A stretch of DNA of 64,000 bases from Eledone cirrhosa (GCA_964016885.1 OZ024750.1:5332001-5396000), one strand, 5' to 3'; positions 1 to 12,964 are shown, numbered from the stretch's first letter. The notes: a model not told the origin generated them from the letters alone. A program made the numbers and translations.

Positions 1-2244
1 CCACAGGAAATAATGACGTCCAGAATCTTCCGACAATAACATGAACAACGTAATTGAATAGGTGGCTCCTTCTCGTGTTTCTCAACTCATCTTAAGTATG
101 CGGCACCGTGTCTACAACTAAACCATGGATAGCTCTATCTTCAAACATAATACAAACGTTAGCCATCGCTTGACTAACTATTGCGTCTTAAATAAACACT
201 GAATATATAGTAAATTTATTCTTTGTCGAAGTAGAACTTTAGTAAAAGGTTCAAACAATAAAATCAAAAGCAGTAACGTTATTATAGCAGCCTAAGTACT
301 TATAGATGGTAGGAATTTATATAATTATGTTTCAGAAAATTAAAGTCTGTTCCAAGTTCCAAGCCCGAAGGTTTAAGTCGGTGGTGTTTATCCTATCCAG
401 CGAGTAAGAATACAACGCAACCATATGGGCAGGACGCCATTCACTTGCAGGGTTTACTCCCTGCTACTGAATATACTGGAACACCTAACCACTAGGCCAC
501 GAGCCACGAAGACATTTTTTCGAAATTTTGTATAACAGGATATATGAATAGCCCCACTTAAAACAAAAAACAGGAATTTGAAAAATCATTTAAAATGTTG
601 TCTATCATTTTATTTCTTCAGAAAACATGGCTTAAAACAATTCTATAGTCACGCCTTGTACTAGAACAAAAATTATAAATGATTTCAAAAAATAAATATT
701 ACAGATATATGATGAATGAGTAAAATTGAAATTCTTTTGATGAGGTGAAAGCACCATAGTGAATCTTGCAAAACTTGGAGTGGTATCATATTTTTGTTCG
801 TGGTATCATATTAATTGTTCATTGTAATTCATAGTACCATGCAACCTCCAAACAGGTCAATTACCGCTGTATAAACATATATACACGAGTCAATAGTTGT
901 TTCATATTATATTGAGCATCATTGCATTACATTCTTATGTGTTTATTAAAACAATTAATTAACCCTTGTGTTACCATATTTCTAACAAAAGACACTGCCT
1001 ATGATTCTCAATTAATTCTGGAAATAATCAAATATTTGGGAAGATTTGGCTTATATAACTAACTTTTTTTTATTTAACAGAGGTTCTTACTAAAAATTAT
1101 GATAGAAAGTTTTTGAAGACCTACCTTCCCTTACATACAAAGTTAAACCTACAGTCAGTAGGCACCTCTTAACCAAATATACACCCCCAACCTCCCACCA
1201 ACACCACCCCTTTCTCTGTATTGGTACCACAGAACATCCAGTCCAAACTAAATAGGTTGTGTAGATGTCACGACAAAAAGCACCCAGTCTACACTGTAAA
1301 TGTGGTTGGTGTTAGGAAGGACATCCAGCCGAAGAAAACCTGACAGATAGTCCTATATGAGCGAGACACGGTCACTCGATCATTCTTGCCTCAAGTGGGA
1401 CAATTCCCATCTAACCCATGCTAGCGTGGAAGATAGACATTAAACGATGATGATAATCACTTTAAAACAAGCAGTTTTGTATAGTGAAACAGGGTCAGTT
1501 CCAAGCATTAGAAAATATTCAAACACCGCCACCACAACCATCGCTCTCTCTATCAGCATTTTCTTTCCATAAAGACGTGAGAACAATTTGTCTTTAATAA
1601 TAATTCTTTCTGACCTTAGAACAAGGCCAAAAATAGTTATATGGTGCCATAAACCCCAAAACGAAAGAATTGTTCATAGGTACAATTAAGGCATAAGAGA
1701 TGAATGAAAAAAGATTGAAAAAAAAAGTCAAAACAGAAAGCTTTTAAAATAAGAATGCTAGGACAGTGTAGAACATAATGTGTTTGATCCAAAACTCTGA
1801 CATTTCTTTAACAACTTTGTTTGTTTCTATATATACATGTATATATAGCATGTATGTATATATTTCTATATACATGTGATCTCTACGCATTTCAGTGTTT
1901 CCACAAATCATAGGTACAAAATTTGACCTTACCATCTTTTGTGTATTTTATGGAGATATCAACTTACTACATCACATTTTTACAATTGAAAAGGCATCCA
2001 CACACATCCTCTTTATGCTTTTCTAGTAATTTTGACCAACGCTCTGAACTCTTTTGTTACCAACCTCACCAAAACCAGCATTGGTCATATGAAACAAAAC
2101 TACTCATTTAAAAATATTGTTATTTTAAATATAATCTTCCAACATAAATTTAGATAAGAACCATATGGTGTACATTACTCGATAGAGAGCGTAGCTCGGA
2201 GATCAGAGAATCACTCCCGAATTGAGAGATCACAGCTCTGTCTC

Positions 2245-2445
2245 GGGAAAGAATCACTGGACAGATTTTACAGACAAAACCAACTGGCAAGAGACCCAGA
2301 ACAAGATGGTTGGATAACATCCATGAGCTCAGCTGGTCTCGTTTGGGGATCCAGCCAGATCAATCAGAGACAGTTGCTTCTGACAGGGCCTGCTGAAAGG
2401 AGTGTTTGAGGACTCTGCCCCTACAACCCTGGGCAAAGAAGAAGG
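2245..2445 (+). mobile_element. RTE-clade (Expander/Rex3-like) LINE 3' end fragment
   Basis: Translates to ERITGQILQTKPTGKRPRTRWLDNIHELSWSRLGIQP...VASDR...LPLQP; a second copy of the same end lies at about 33176-33270. Confidence 0.7.
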
Positions 2446-3395
2446 AGAGATTCAAAGATTTTTCATTAATAGGAGAGAGGTTGGGTGATAGATGCGAGAG
2501 TACTGAAGAGAACAATAGAAGAAGGAAAAAAAGAAGGGTCTAATTATAACAAACATCATCCTCACTCCCATCAATTTTAACATCAGGTTTTCCATGTGAT
2601 AGACTTCTTCCATGCTCTGTAATCTAGTGGACATGCATGGGTTGGACAAGTCTTTTCCAGCACAGCATCACTCCACTCATTGCATTTCTTCCTCTTTTCT
2701 ATGAAGATCCACTCCCACTACTTCTGCCCAGTTTTTCCTTAACTTTTACATTACTCTATATTTACTATTGTATTTTTGTGGTAAAGGCTCTTTATATATA
2801 TATATATATAAAACTTTAAGAGTGAGTCACTAGGCAATATGTACTTTTTTGTTGGGGCCCAGAGGTGGCAAACTGAAGGGCTGTCCTTGGGCGGCATACA
2901 CTCTAGCTACATCACTGGGTAGTAGCTTCCTGTACTTATTCTAGCTAATATACTTGAAGGCCAATCTCCTGCTAATCAGGTCACCTAATTATTACCATAT
3001 TTATTAGTTAGTTAATAGTTGAAGGGTAAATAATACTAAACTTTGAACTAAGTTCAAACACACACAAGATCATGCCTGAATATTCCTGGAAAAGAAAATA
3101 GAAAAGTATGGTGAAGCAATAAAAATAATTGTTTCTACTTTAGGCACAAGGCCAGCAATTACCCAGTGCATTACTGGTACTTTATTTTATCGACCCCGTA
3201 AAGATGAAAGGCAAAGTCAACCTCGGTGGGATTTGAACTATGTTGGAAAGCATGGCGTCCGACCCTCTACCGATACTGTAAAAATAATAAATAGATTTGT
3301 CTATTTTCATATCCTGCTTCGTAATTTGCATATAAAAGAAAGAGGGGAAAAAAATATTGTTGAAGATTAAATGTGGCAGATATTTAAAACCATAT

Positions 3396-3611
3396 TTAAC
3401 CTTTTAGTATTTACATTACTCTATATATACTATTGTATTTTCATGGTAAAGGCTTTATCTCACATAATATCGAATCTACGAGATTTTGATATTATATATT
3501 TTGAAAACAATAACTTAACACCAGTATGAGTAACAAGTTACGTCCAGTTTGAATGGAAAGAGGTGAGAAAATTCTGGCCAGACACAGCCGGTTTAAATGC
3601 TAAAGGGTTAA
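3396..3611. mobile_element. piggyBac-type MITE (about 210 bp)
   Basis: TTAA on both sides, termini CC(C/T)TTTAG(C/T)ATTTA...TAAATGCTAAAGGG; at least 7 copies in window. Confidence 0.8.
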
Positions 3612-4384
3612 GATGGTATATATGTTTGTGGAATACTCAACCACTTGCACATTAATTTCACAAACAGAACTTTTCAATGATCAAGCATCAAGAACAGTCA
3701 TCATCAAAACCAAGAGGTCTATTCCATTATTGAGAAAAGTAAAAATATTAATAGTTTAATTGTCATCATCATTGTCATGACGTAACATCCTGTTTTCCCT
3801 GCTAGCAGGGGTTGGACAATGCCAACAAAATAAAGATATGTGTTGGACAACATAATTCTTCATAAAGCAACATTCTTTTGAGAATGTCAAAGTAAGGAAT
3901 GTATATATGTAATAGCATCAACCTTTTCATTACGACATTTCTAATGAAATACATTGTATTTGGATAAGTGAAAAATTTGGAAGGATTTACTAAAATTAAT
4001 ATTTCATTATTTAGCCAGCATTTGTAACGTAAGAAAAGATTCTTATATCAAATTATGTTGGAAAGTTTTAATTTGAAAAAGAAACCTTTAAAATAATTGG
4101 CTTTATTTCATTGAACCAGAGTTGGCATCAAAAAGACTAAACTGAAGTCAAACCTATGCTTTGAGGGTACTGGGTAAGCAAACACCAATAGGCAAGAATT
4201 ATAACCAATAATTGCTACATAAGAATTGTAACATTAAATGACTAGGAGGGAAACTTATTACATAATTGAACATACAAAATATAAATTGAATGGAGACAAC
4301 ACAGTAAAGAGAGAACTATTTAGTCTTGTCAAAGACATGACAACCTCTATAGTGTTGGTGCCATGATACAATGCACTCAGTATC

Positions 4385-4690
4385 GTCATCATCATTGTTT
4401 TTATATGTTTTTCCACACTTGCATAGGTTGGACAGGTCCTTCTCAGCACAGCATCTCACTACTCACTACGTTCCTTCATCATCTCCTCTGTGAATCTCAG
4501 CGATTTGTGGTCAGCTCTCACAACCTCTGCCCAGGTCTTTCTTTGTCTACCTCTACTGTGGCTTCTTTCCATTGGAATTTGCTGGCACTTCTTCACCCAG
4601 CAATCGCTGTCCATGCACATCACCTCGGATTCCTCTCAAACCCAGCTTCTCCCTCAACTCATCCAAGCTCTGCCTGTCTCTCACACTTAC
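4385..4690 (-). mobile_element. RTE-clade LINE 3' end with (ATG)n tail
   Basis: Minus strand: LDELREKLGLRGI...WVKKC...RGRQRKTWAEVVRAD..., then the CCAACC(C/T)ATGC..ATGGAAAA..ATGATGATG tail shared with many SINE copies; related pieces near 35150-35240, 37530-37700 and 46460-46530. Confidence 0.7.
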
Positions 4691-4701
4691 ATTGCACATC
4701 T

Positions 4702-4807
4702 AATAAAGCATAGCTGCTTCATTTCTTTCTTGTCACATGCTAGGGCCAGACTGAAATAAAGCATAGCTGCTTCATTTCTTTCTTGTCACATGCTAGGGCC
4801 AGACTGA
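4702..4807. repeat. Tandem duplication, 2 x about 53 bp
   Basis: AATAAAGCATAGCTGCTTCATTTCTTTCTTGTCACATGCTAGGGCCAGACTGA occurs twice. Confidence 0.95.
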
Positions 4808-6044
4808 AGAATGTTCTCCAACCCTACATCAAGGATGTCCTATATAAACATCTATAGGGAAAATGTTGAGAAAGAGAGATAGTTCCAGAGGATTGCATTC
4901 TGAAGAGAAAGGGTTGTGAATTTGGTGTGAAATCTGGAAGTCGAGACACACACACACATATATATATATAGTGATTGTTTTAGAGTTGTTGAATGAGGCT
5001 AGGGTTGTCATGACCTCATAAAAAGATGTTTTCAAGGTCTTTCCAATTAAATGTCATGAATGTCTATTTGAAAGATATCTATATACCTGACATGCTGATA
5101 ATATTAAACTATGTAAGCTGACATGACCTTTCTGCAAAAAACACGTGTCTTATCAGATAGCTGCACTCATTGTGAATTAGGAAAGCAGAGTATTTGCATT
5201 CATGATTTCCTCTGAGCATTTAATCTAGAATTCATTTTTATCATCATTTAACATCGAATAAGGGTTGGATGGGTCACTACAGACCAAGCCAATAGCACTG
5301 AACTCTCAGACTGGCCAATTGCTGCATCTCGCTTACATATGTTCTTGTACTCTACAGAGTGTACTAGGTGCAATTTATCGTGGCACCAGAACTAGGGAGT
5401 TTGTCATGTCTTTAACACATAATCCTTTATTTGGCAAGTTTTCTACAGTTAGATGTTTTTCCTCTCGACAACCACTTTAAAGAGTGTACTGGGTGCATTT
5501 TATTGTGACTCCAACACTAGAGAAGTTGTCGTGCCCTTGACACAACTGAAGAGTCCTCTCAACCAGTTTTTGGTATAATTTCTCAGTGTAACTATAATGA
5601 AACATTGCTTGAATGGTTCTTTAACATTCTTGTTGTTTGAACAGCACTGAGTCATTCATCAATACATTGACAGTATCGGTAGAGCGTCGAACATGCTATA
5701 TGGAATAGGGTTATGCCCCTTTACGATTTGAATTCAAATCCTGCCGAGGTTAGCTTTACCTTTCATCCTTACGAAATCGATACAAATAAAATACTAGTAA
5801 TGCACTGGGGTCGATTTAATCCAAAACCAATATAATTTTTTTTACTTTGCATATTTCCGGGCGAATTTCTTGTTCTTAATGTTCTACGCGCATCAAAACC
5901 GAATTTGTATTCCATACTAACAAGATGGATAAAGTAAATGTCACTAATATACATACAAAATTCGGTAAATATCTTTCCTACTACGCTTACAAAAATCGAT
6001 TGTCGTTTTCTGTCCCAGATTTAAAATGGTAATGTCCGCGAAGA

Positions 6045-6115
6045 TGTTAGATTATTCCAGCGCCTTAGCCTCACTATTACCTGCGACAATGCTGCGAGCG
6101 TGTTGATTTGCCTAA
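6045..6115 (+). mobile_element. CRE-like retrotransposon extreme 3' fragment
   Basis: TTATTCCAGCGCCTTAGCCTCACTATTACCTGCGACAATGCTGCGAGCGTGTTG = LFQRLSLTITCDNAASVL. Confidence 0.7.
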
Positions 6116-6288
6116 CAAATTATTAGAAACTCGATTGCCTCTTGTTGTGGTGTGATTGAGTAAGCAGGTCATACACACACCCCTTTCTTTTCTTTCTTTA
6201 GAAGGAATCAATAAAACTTACCCCCTAATATGGTGCAATAAAACCATTTTCTCTATTTGAGACGTTAATTGTTGTTATTACAAGTGTA

Positions 6289-6482
6289 GGGGCGGTGGAT
6301 TTGCAGTATCGGTAGAGGGTCGGACGCCATGCTTTACAGTAGAGTTACGGCCCTTTATGGTCTGAGTTCAAATCCCGCTAAGGTTAACTTTGCCTTTTAT
6401 CCTTATGGGGTCGATAAAATAAAGTATCAGTAATACACTGAGATAATTGCTGGCCTTGTGCCAAAAGTAGAAATAATTATTA
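6289..6482 (+). mobile_element. tRNA-derived SINE family A (representative copy)
   Basis: Head GGCGGTGGAT..GCAGTATCGGTAGAG, B-box-like GAGTTCAAATCC, core GCCTTT(C/T)ATCCTTA.GGGGTCGATAAAATAAAGTA.CAG, (ATT)n tail. More than 15 copies, e.g. 3125-3278(-), 5668-5820(+), 11610-11770(-), 27550-27685(+), 51100-51260(-). Confidence 0.85.
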
Positions 6483-6865
6483 CGAGTGTTATGGACTTTT
6501 CGGCTGGGGAAACTACAGAAAACTAACAATTTCAGAAAACTAACAATTTACGATGGTTTCAAGGCCATATCGTTCAAAATATTAAAAAACAGATTTCACC
6601 TTCAAAATTCTAACTAAAATGTACCTTTACACCTGTCTCTTAGTCGTGTGCAATAAAAAAAATTTACCATCATTTTTTTTACTACCAATTTATAACCATA
6701 GCTACATTTCTTTTTATAATGCCAAAATATACATAGTTAATTGAAAATACTATAAAATGCATAAAAATCATAAAACCTCTAAGTTCCAACGGAACTGTTA
6801 CTAAATAAGACTAGAAAAATATATGTAAATAAAATCGATATTAAACAATTGGTATGTTGACATAC

Positions 6866-6992
6866 CTAACACAGGGCCTCTCCCGGCTTCATCTATTCCC
6901 AGCCAACACGGTTTTTCTTTTGTTACATCAGGTACTTTAGAGCTAATTACAAAGTTCTTTTGGTTGTTTTTTCTAAATCCAGAATGGTCCAT
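6866..6992 (-). CDS. RNASEH2A: Ribonuclease H2 subunit A, first coding exon (42 codons + 1 nt); downstream exons not located in window
   Basis: MDHSGFRKNNQKNFVISSKVPDVTKEKPCWLGIDEAGRGPVLG contains the RNase HII catalytic signature GxDEAGRGPVLG; followed by a GTATGT donor at 6865 (phase 1). No PMVY-encoding exon 2 found in 1-6860. Confidence 0.93.
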
Positions 6993-7804
6993 TTCTGTGT
7001 GTGTGTTATTGTTTTACAACGAATTAATTCTTAAAGTAGATAATATAAAGATTTTGTTTTCAATTTCCCGCTCTATATTACAGTTGAGACTTTCAGAGCG
7101 GTGTAAACTTAAAACATGTCCCGAAACAAAAATTATTCTGACCATAGAAACGTATGGTAAAAAAGTGAAAATAAAACGACATATATCCAAATTAATTTAA
7201 ATAACTAATTCTGTAAGTAAGCTTTTATTTTTCAAACTCGAGATAGTTATTTAAATAAAATAAAATAATTTAATTAGTTTGTAACAGCTGCAAAGTTGGC
7301 AGAGCCAACGCAACGATTTTTATCGATTAGTTACGTCAGGTTTGTAATCTTTACATATTGCTATGTCGTATAAAGTATAATATAGAATGATCCTGTATTT
7401 ATATCAAATCTCAGTCCCTTGTATGAGGGGTACATTTTGAAAATCTTGTTTTTATGAACATATCGATTTGAACCATTGAAATATATTAAATAGTCAACAT
7501 GTGCCTTGTAACGTTCGCGCCAACAGACACGAGACAGAATGGAGTAGACAATTGATTTAACTTTATTATAGCAAACCAGGGTGTTGAAAACAAAACTCCT
7601 CTCAGTAATGTGACGCTGTAAACATAACATAAACACGTACAATATCTAAATCATCTACACCACAATAACTCTTTCTTACATTGGACTGAGAATTTTAGGG
7701 GATGTCTTTTTTGTGGGCATTAGATACGTAAATGAGATGTTCCGAGATAGAAATTTTATTTACAATATTATAACAAAAAAGGGAGAAACTACTAAACACG
7801 TGGC

Positions 7805-8140
7805 TATCTACGGATAAGATGACGAAAGCATTGCCGCGAAGAACAGCCAGTATTAGACGCTGCATCAGCCATTCCACCTCGGTTGGGGGGGGGGGGGGTC
7901 CTTAATGGTCGAGGAAAACAGCAGTCCATGGATCGAGGACACAGAAGATCTCAATAGCCACCGGCATTCCCTGGTATCTATTTAGTCATCTTCCACTCCT
8001 CTGCGGGCGACGCCTGGGGTTGTGATCGAAGCGATGACGTTGGCACCAGACTAAGTGTAAGCAATATGTGATGTCCCAGAATCGTTACCCACATTAAACG
8101 GGAAGAGTCTGGGCGGTTAATGTGACTACAGTCAAGAGTG
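7805..8140 (-). mobile_element. CRE-like non-LTR retrotransposon RLE-domain/3' fragment (degenerate)
   Basis: Minus-strand pieces ILGHH/WDIT..., AEEWKMTK, PVAIEIFCVLDPW and EWLMQRLILAVLRGNAFVIL match the WDxT / KxxKY / PxxxExxG / QRxSxAxxRGNA series of CRE-clade C-termini. Confidence 0.7.
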
Positions 8141-9069
8141 ACATGCTTCAGTTATGGCGGGAAACCGATCGCGCCTTTCATTGAAACTGGAACAGAACTT
8201 AACAATAAAACGAAAAAAAAAATCATTAAATTTGTCATTTATTGAAGTTTTCCTGGATTTTTCCAACCATGAATGGCCATCTCGTATTTTTATGGGGTAT
8301 ATATAGGACAACATTGCCCGAGTCCTTTCTTATAAATTGTGGAGTGTTTCGCTGCTATTTCTAGCAAATTAAGTGACCAGCAAAAAGCTTTCGCGTTGGC
8401 AGCATTATGAATTTCTAGTAGCCCTTATAAAATATCTACCAATATAATGCAGGCGTGCAACAAATCTAATAAACCGTTGATCAATATCGATGTATAACAG
8501 TAGATACCAAAGCGCGTGGCTGAGTGGTGTGTTAATATTACGATTGTAAAAGTCGTGAGTTCTATTCCCGGTGATGCGTTGTGTACTTGAGCAAAACATT
8601 TTATTTCTAGTTCCAACCTAATCAGCTAGCACAAATGAGCTTCACCTGTAATTCAATAGGAGTCAGTCTTGTCACCCTGTATTACGCTGAGATCTACGTT
8701 AAGGTACACATATCTGTAAAATGCTCAGCCACTTGCACATTAATTTAACAAGGAGATTGTTCCGTTGATCGAATCCATTGGGACACTCGTTATCGGAATT
8801 GACAGAGGTTGAACCAACATACATAGTGGTTTCTGATTTACAGTGTTTAGTTTTTAAAACTTGCCATGCTCAATTTTGACTTTCCTTGCTTCCGGTGTGA
8901 TATAGTAGTATCAGTGAGATTCTGTAGTTTGAGCGAACTTACGAAATAAGCAATACTCTCTCCCACTCCCCTAATATTTTGGGAAGAGCGGTCGACATTT
9001 ACTTCAGATTTCTGTTTCAAATGTAGGAGATTACGATTCTGGAATTTTTTTTTTTTAATATACATATAT

Positions 9070-9161
9070 GGCATAGGTTAAGTTTAACGTCCTCGAAAAT
9101 GAAACTAGGTTTTCTGACAAGTGAATGTGTTTGTTTTTTTACGTTAAACTTAACCTATGCC
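9070..9161. mobile_element. 92-bp MITE with perfect 21-bp TIRs in TA context
   Basis: GGCATAGGTTAAGTTTAACGT ... ACGTTAAACTTAACCTATGCC. Confidence 0.7.
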
Positions 9162-9548
9162 TATATATATATATATATTCTAATTTTATACTCTCCCCGC
9201 TTCCGTGATTTTTATATTTTTGAAGTATTTTTTCCAAATTTTTCTTCTGAAATATGTTTTAAACCTAGTTAGGATCTCCCCCCCCCCCCCCCCCCCAATC
9301 ACCAGATAAAAGAATTCAAATTTTTTTTTTATTACTCCATCCCGAATGTTTTTGTTTTTATTATAAAAAAAAAAAATTCCGGAAAATAACCGAACTAAAT
9401 AATTAAGGTGATGTGTATCCAATAACTGTTTCTGGTTTAGACAAAAGGTCAGCAATTGGTGGGCGGTAAGTCGAATAAATCAGGCCTCAAATCTTGACTG
9501 GTACTTTATTTTATGCCCCCGGATAAAAGCAAAATTGACCTTGAACAG

Positions 9549-9722
9549 CAGGCATGTCAAACTGAGGGTCCACCGAAGGTCATGTGTTGTCTGAGGGCCA
9601 CACACGACAACTAATTGTGCATATTACAACAAATTTTACGAAGAAAAAACATGCTCGCGCTGTAAAAACCTTTGTGCGGGCCGCAGGTGTGCTTGTAAAG
9701 GGTCGCATGTTTGACATGCCTG
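9549..9722. mobile_element. hAT(Charlie)-like MITE inserted in a SINE
   Basis: TIR CAGGCATGTCAAAC / GTTTGACATGCCTG; internal GCGGGCCGCA; no clean 8-bp TSD visible. Confidence 0.7.
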
Positions 9723-9784
9723 CCGTAGAGCATTTAATCTAACGCTCTAATGATTCTGCCAATCCACCGTCCAAATGTGTATTT

Positions 9785-9992
9785 AATAATGATTTCTGAT
9801 TTAGGCACAAGGCCAACAATTCTGGGGAAGAGAAAAGTCGATTAAATCGACCCAGTGCGTTACTGGTATTTTGTGTTATAGACCTCGTAGAAATGAAAGG
9901 CAAAGCTAACCTCGGCGAGATTTGAACTCAGAACGTAAAGGGACGCAACTCTGTCATAAAGCATGTTGTCCGACGCTCTACCGATACTGCTG
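9785..9992 (-). mobile_element. SINE family A copy
   Basis: Reverse complement of the family A consensus; adjacent to another copy at about 9455-9772. Confidence 0.85.
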
Positions 9993-10389
9993 CCCTAAAT
10001 GATGACTTATTTGTTACAAGGACACCGAATGATGATCAGATGAAATGTGACAACTGTACATAGCACTCATCTTTGGGGGGGGGGGGGGGGGTTCTGGAGT
10101 CAAATAAATACCGACAGAAAAATATGAAAATAGCATCTATTTGAATAATGAAAATGTACAATAAAGATTAATGGATGGCCGAACTGAAATTTGAAACTTA
10201 TATAAGAAAACAATTTGGAAAAAATAAATGAAGGTGCGGATGAGATGTGTGGAGGCCTCGAATTATTTAAAACTCTCACTAAGCGTAATCTATTAAGAAA
10301 TTTTAGAAGAAAAAAAAAGATAACACAGGTTGTTTGTTCTGAAACTGCAGGAGTTGATTATATCTATTTTTATAACGTTTTCTTTTCCA

Positions 10390-10570
10390 GCTTGTAATGT
10401 TCGAGACGTTTGGGGGAACTGGGCCGCTGACAACAAGGTTCTCGTCATTGTTGGCGGATCGTCTTACCAACGTATCAGGTGATGCGTGTGTGGGTGGGTG
10501 CTTAGCTATTCCAGCACCTGGTCTCGCTATCACTCGCAGCAATGCTGCGAGAGTGTTAACTTGCTTAAAA
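10390..10570 (+). mobile_element. CRE-like retrotransposon 3' fragment
   Basis: FETFGGTGPLTTRF...LADRLTNVSGD..., then LFQHL / LAITRSNAARVLTCL with a frameshift. Confidence 0.75.
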
Positions 10571-10710
10571 AGTGAGTCTTGTTACTCTGGAGTTTCGTCT
10601 CCTTCTTACAGTGTAACAATACTCACTACTTAGTCTTAATAAAATGAATATTTAAACTCTACTTCTGTGTGGAGTACCCTTTTCTCTCAGTCGTCAATTA
10701 CATACGGATA
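10571..10710 (+). mobile_element. Apex-deleted copy of the 29.4-kb foldback family
   Basis: AGTGAGTCTTGTTACTCTGGAGTTTC...GTAACAATACTCACTACTTAG...GAATATTTAAACTCTA...TACATACGG shared with 29416-29594. Confidence 0.7.
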
Positions 10711-12254
10711 TATATACAGTGTTTGTCAAATCAATAAATATACATATAGCTACATCATTCTTCTCTTTATTTATTATTTTTTCTTGTGCTAAAAAATCCA
10801 CCTCCTATTCGCCCAATAACAATTCCAGTTTCAAGCCAGATCATGTAATTTAGGATAAGACTCTTGATAAAGTCACAAATGTTATGATTTCCCGAAAAAG
10901 AGATCCTTGCATATTATGCAACTAACGTTATAACTTTTTTTTTTAATGTTATAAACGTTGGTGTTTGCTAAGTATATGTTTCTCAATATACTAATTGCAA
11001 ATAACCACAAAAAACATGTTTTTATTTTTTCAGTCAGAAACTGATGAGAATTAGCGGAATTGCGACTGCTTCCGAAGAAATGGCCTTTAGCAGCTTGGCC
11101 AACATCCATTGAAGATACATTTTGAGGCTCTTCAAATATCACCATGAAAATATCTTCTAGGATGTTGCAATGTCATGTTATGACCATACGCACAGATTGC
11201 CATTAGGTGTTTGCTTGTAAAAATGACATAGCAGTGTTAAGTGCTAAATTGTCCAATATTTTCATTAGGAGAGTAGCCATTTTGAAAAATCGCAAAACAT
11301 CGATAACACTACGAGGAGGTCTGCTGACTTTCCATAAAGGAGCCTTATCTAAGCTTGCACTTTAATGAGGCACCATTATATATGTATGTATATATATATA
11401 TACACACACACATATGTGTGTGGAAATCATATCCCAAAACTCGACTGATCGACCTCCGAAAAAGAAAAGCGACGTTGACCTTGGCAGAATTTAAACTAAG
11501 AACGAAAAAGGCTAAATGCAAGCATTATATCCGACAGCTCTAACTATTGATTCAAATAATTCTATAATTTGCGATATTGCATTTTTTTTTTTTTAAGCGT
11601 TATAATAATAATAATGGTTTGATTTAGGCACAAGGCCAGCAATTTTGGCGGGCGAGGAAAGTCGATTAAATCAACTCCAGTGCGTGACTGGTATTTTATC
11701 TTATCGACCCCGTAAGGATAAAGGCAAAGCTAACTTCGGCGGGATTTGAACTCAGAACGTAGAGGGTCGTTATAATATTAATAATGATATGCACAATAGA
11801 ATTAGTAGTAAGATTTCGGAGAACTTGTGAAAAGCATAAACGGAGGACAATTGTAGTTTAGCTCCCCTGTAAAAGTGAAATTATGTCAAGGTATAATAAT
11901 CACTCTTACATTTAGTAGCTTACAACACCGGTTTTTTTTATTAGTAACACCCACCCTGATGATTTCATACGAATGAAACAGTTCTAGTCTTGTAGAAGCC
12001 ATTTCTACATTAAATTTCGTGAATAAAACTACTAGAGAAATGTAGATACGTATTCGATTTAAAAAAAAAAAATGGTATAAAGAAAATTTTATTCACAGTT
12101 GTATAAATAACATTACAAATTGTTCACAATTCTTTCAGAATGAAAATATAAACATAAATAATAAATACAATTAACTATAGCTAGGAACCTCACAAATACA
12201 ATGCACCAAAAGATATGATCAAAACGAGAGAAAGAAAAAAATACGACCATCAAT

Positions 12255-12414
12255 TTACCACCAGGTGTGACAATCAGCCGCACACCATATCACAATGGTC
12301 AACGGAAGATTTTGAAGCAAATCAACATGCTGGCAGCATTACCACGGGTGATGGCGAGACTAAGACGCTGAAACAACCAGGCACCCTCACAGACAATCAT
12401 CTGACATTTTAGTA
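12255..12414 (-). mobile_element. CRE-like 3' fragment with part of the 3' UTR
   Basis: EGAWLFQRLSLAITRGNAASML on the minus strand; very similar to 47580-47740. Confidence 0.75.
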
Positions 12415-12855
12415 AAATTATGATTGTTGGTATTATTTATTCACATTCGTATTATTTACGTTCAAATATGACTTACTTTCTAAAACGATTTTAAAAAGAT
12501 GGATCCATTTTTATTAATAAATAAAGGTAAAAAAAAATTGATAAAAACGGAAAATTGCGACGTAGTTAAAATGAAACTAACGATAATAGGTGAACATACA
12601 ATGATAAAAGTATTTTTTAAGCATTAATATAATAAATATGAAGAAAGAGAAAATATATGAATGATTAAAAAAAAGGGGTGGGGAAAAGGAGGGGCAGACC
12701 CTACATCCGTGTTTAGGCAGGATACCAAGTGCACTCAGCGGTCATGGTGGTGAAAAAAACTGCCGTGGAGAATGTAAATCAATAGTAAACTTAGCTTTCT
12801 TAATTTACCAAAATAAATAAGTTTCGTTCTAGCGTGGATTTTTTTTTTAAACATA

Positions 12856-12893
12856 ATTATCTACCAAATTTATATATAAATTTGGTAGATAAT
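12856..12893. repeat. Perfect 38-bp palindrome
   Basis: ATTATCTACCAAATTTATA|TATAAATTTGGTAGATAAT. Confidence 0.95.
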
Positions 12894-12964
12894 CATTTGT
12901 ATTGACGTCGTTTTCATCCTATCAAACAAAGTATACTTAAGGCTTCATGCATATGCAGAGATCA

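Noticed and set aside
8860-9210. Second promoter (CTTCCGG/CTTCCG motifs, CpG patch)
   Set aside because: No associated exon identifiable; short motifs alone are insufficient
11030-11215. Possible exon, or degenerate Tc1/mariner fragment (KIFSW*YLKSL resembles DFFLWGYLKS)
   Set aside because: Similarity too short and interrupted to call; the CTGATGA at 11041 lacks a downstream GAAA core
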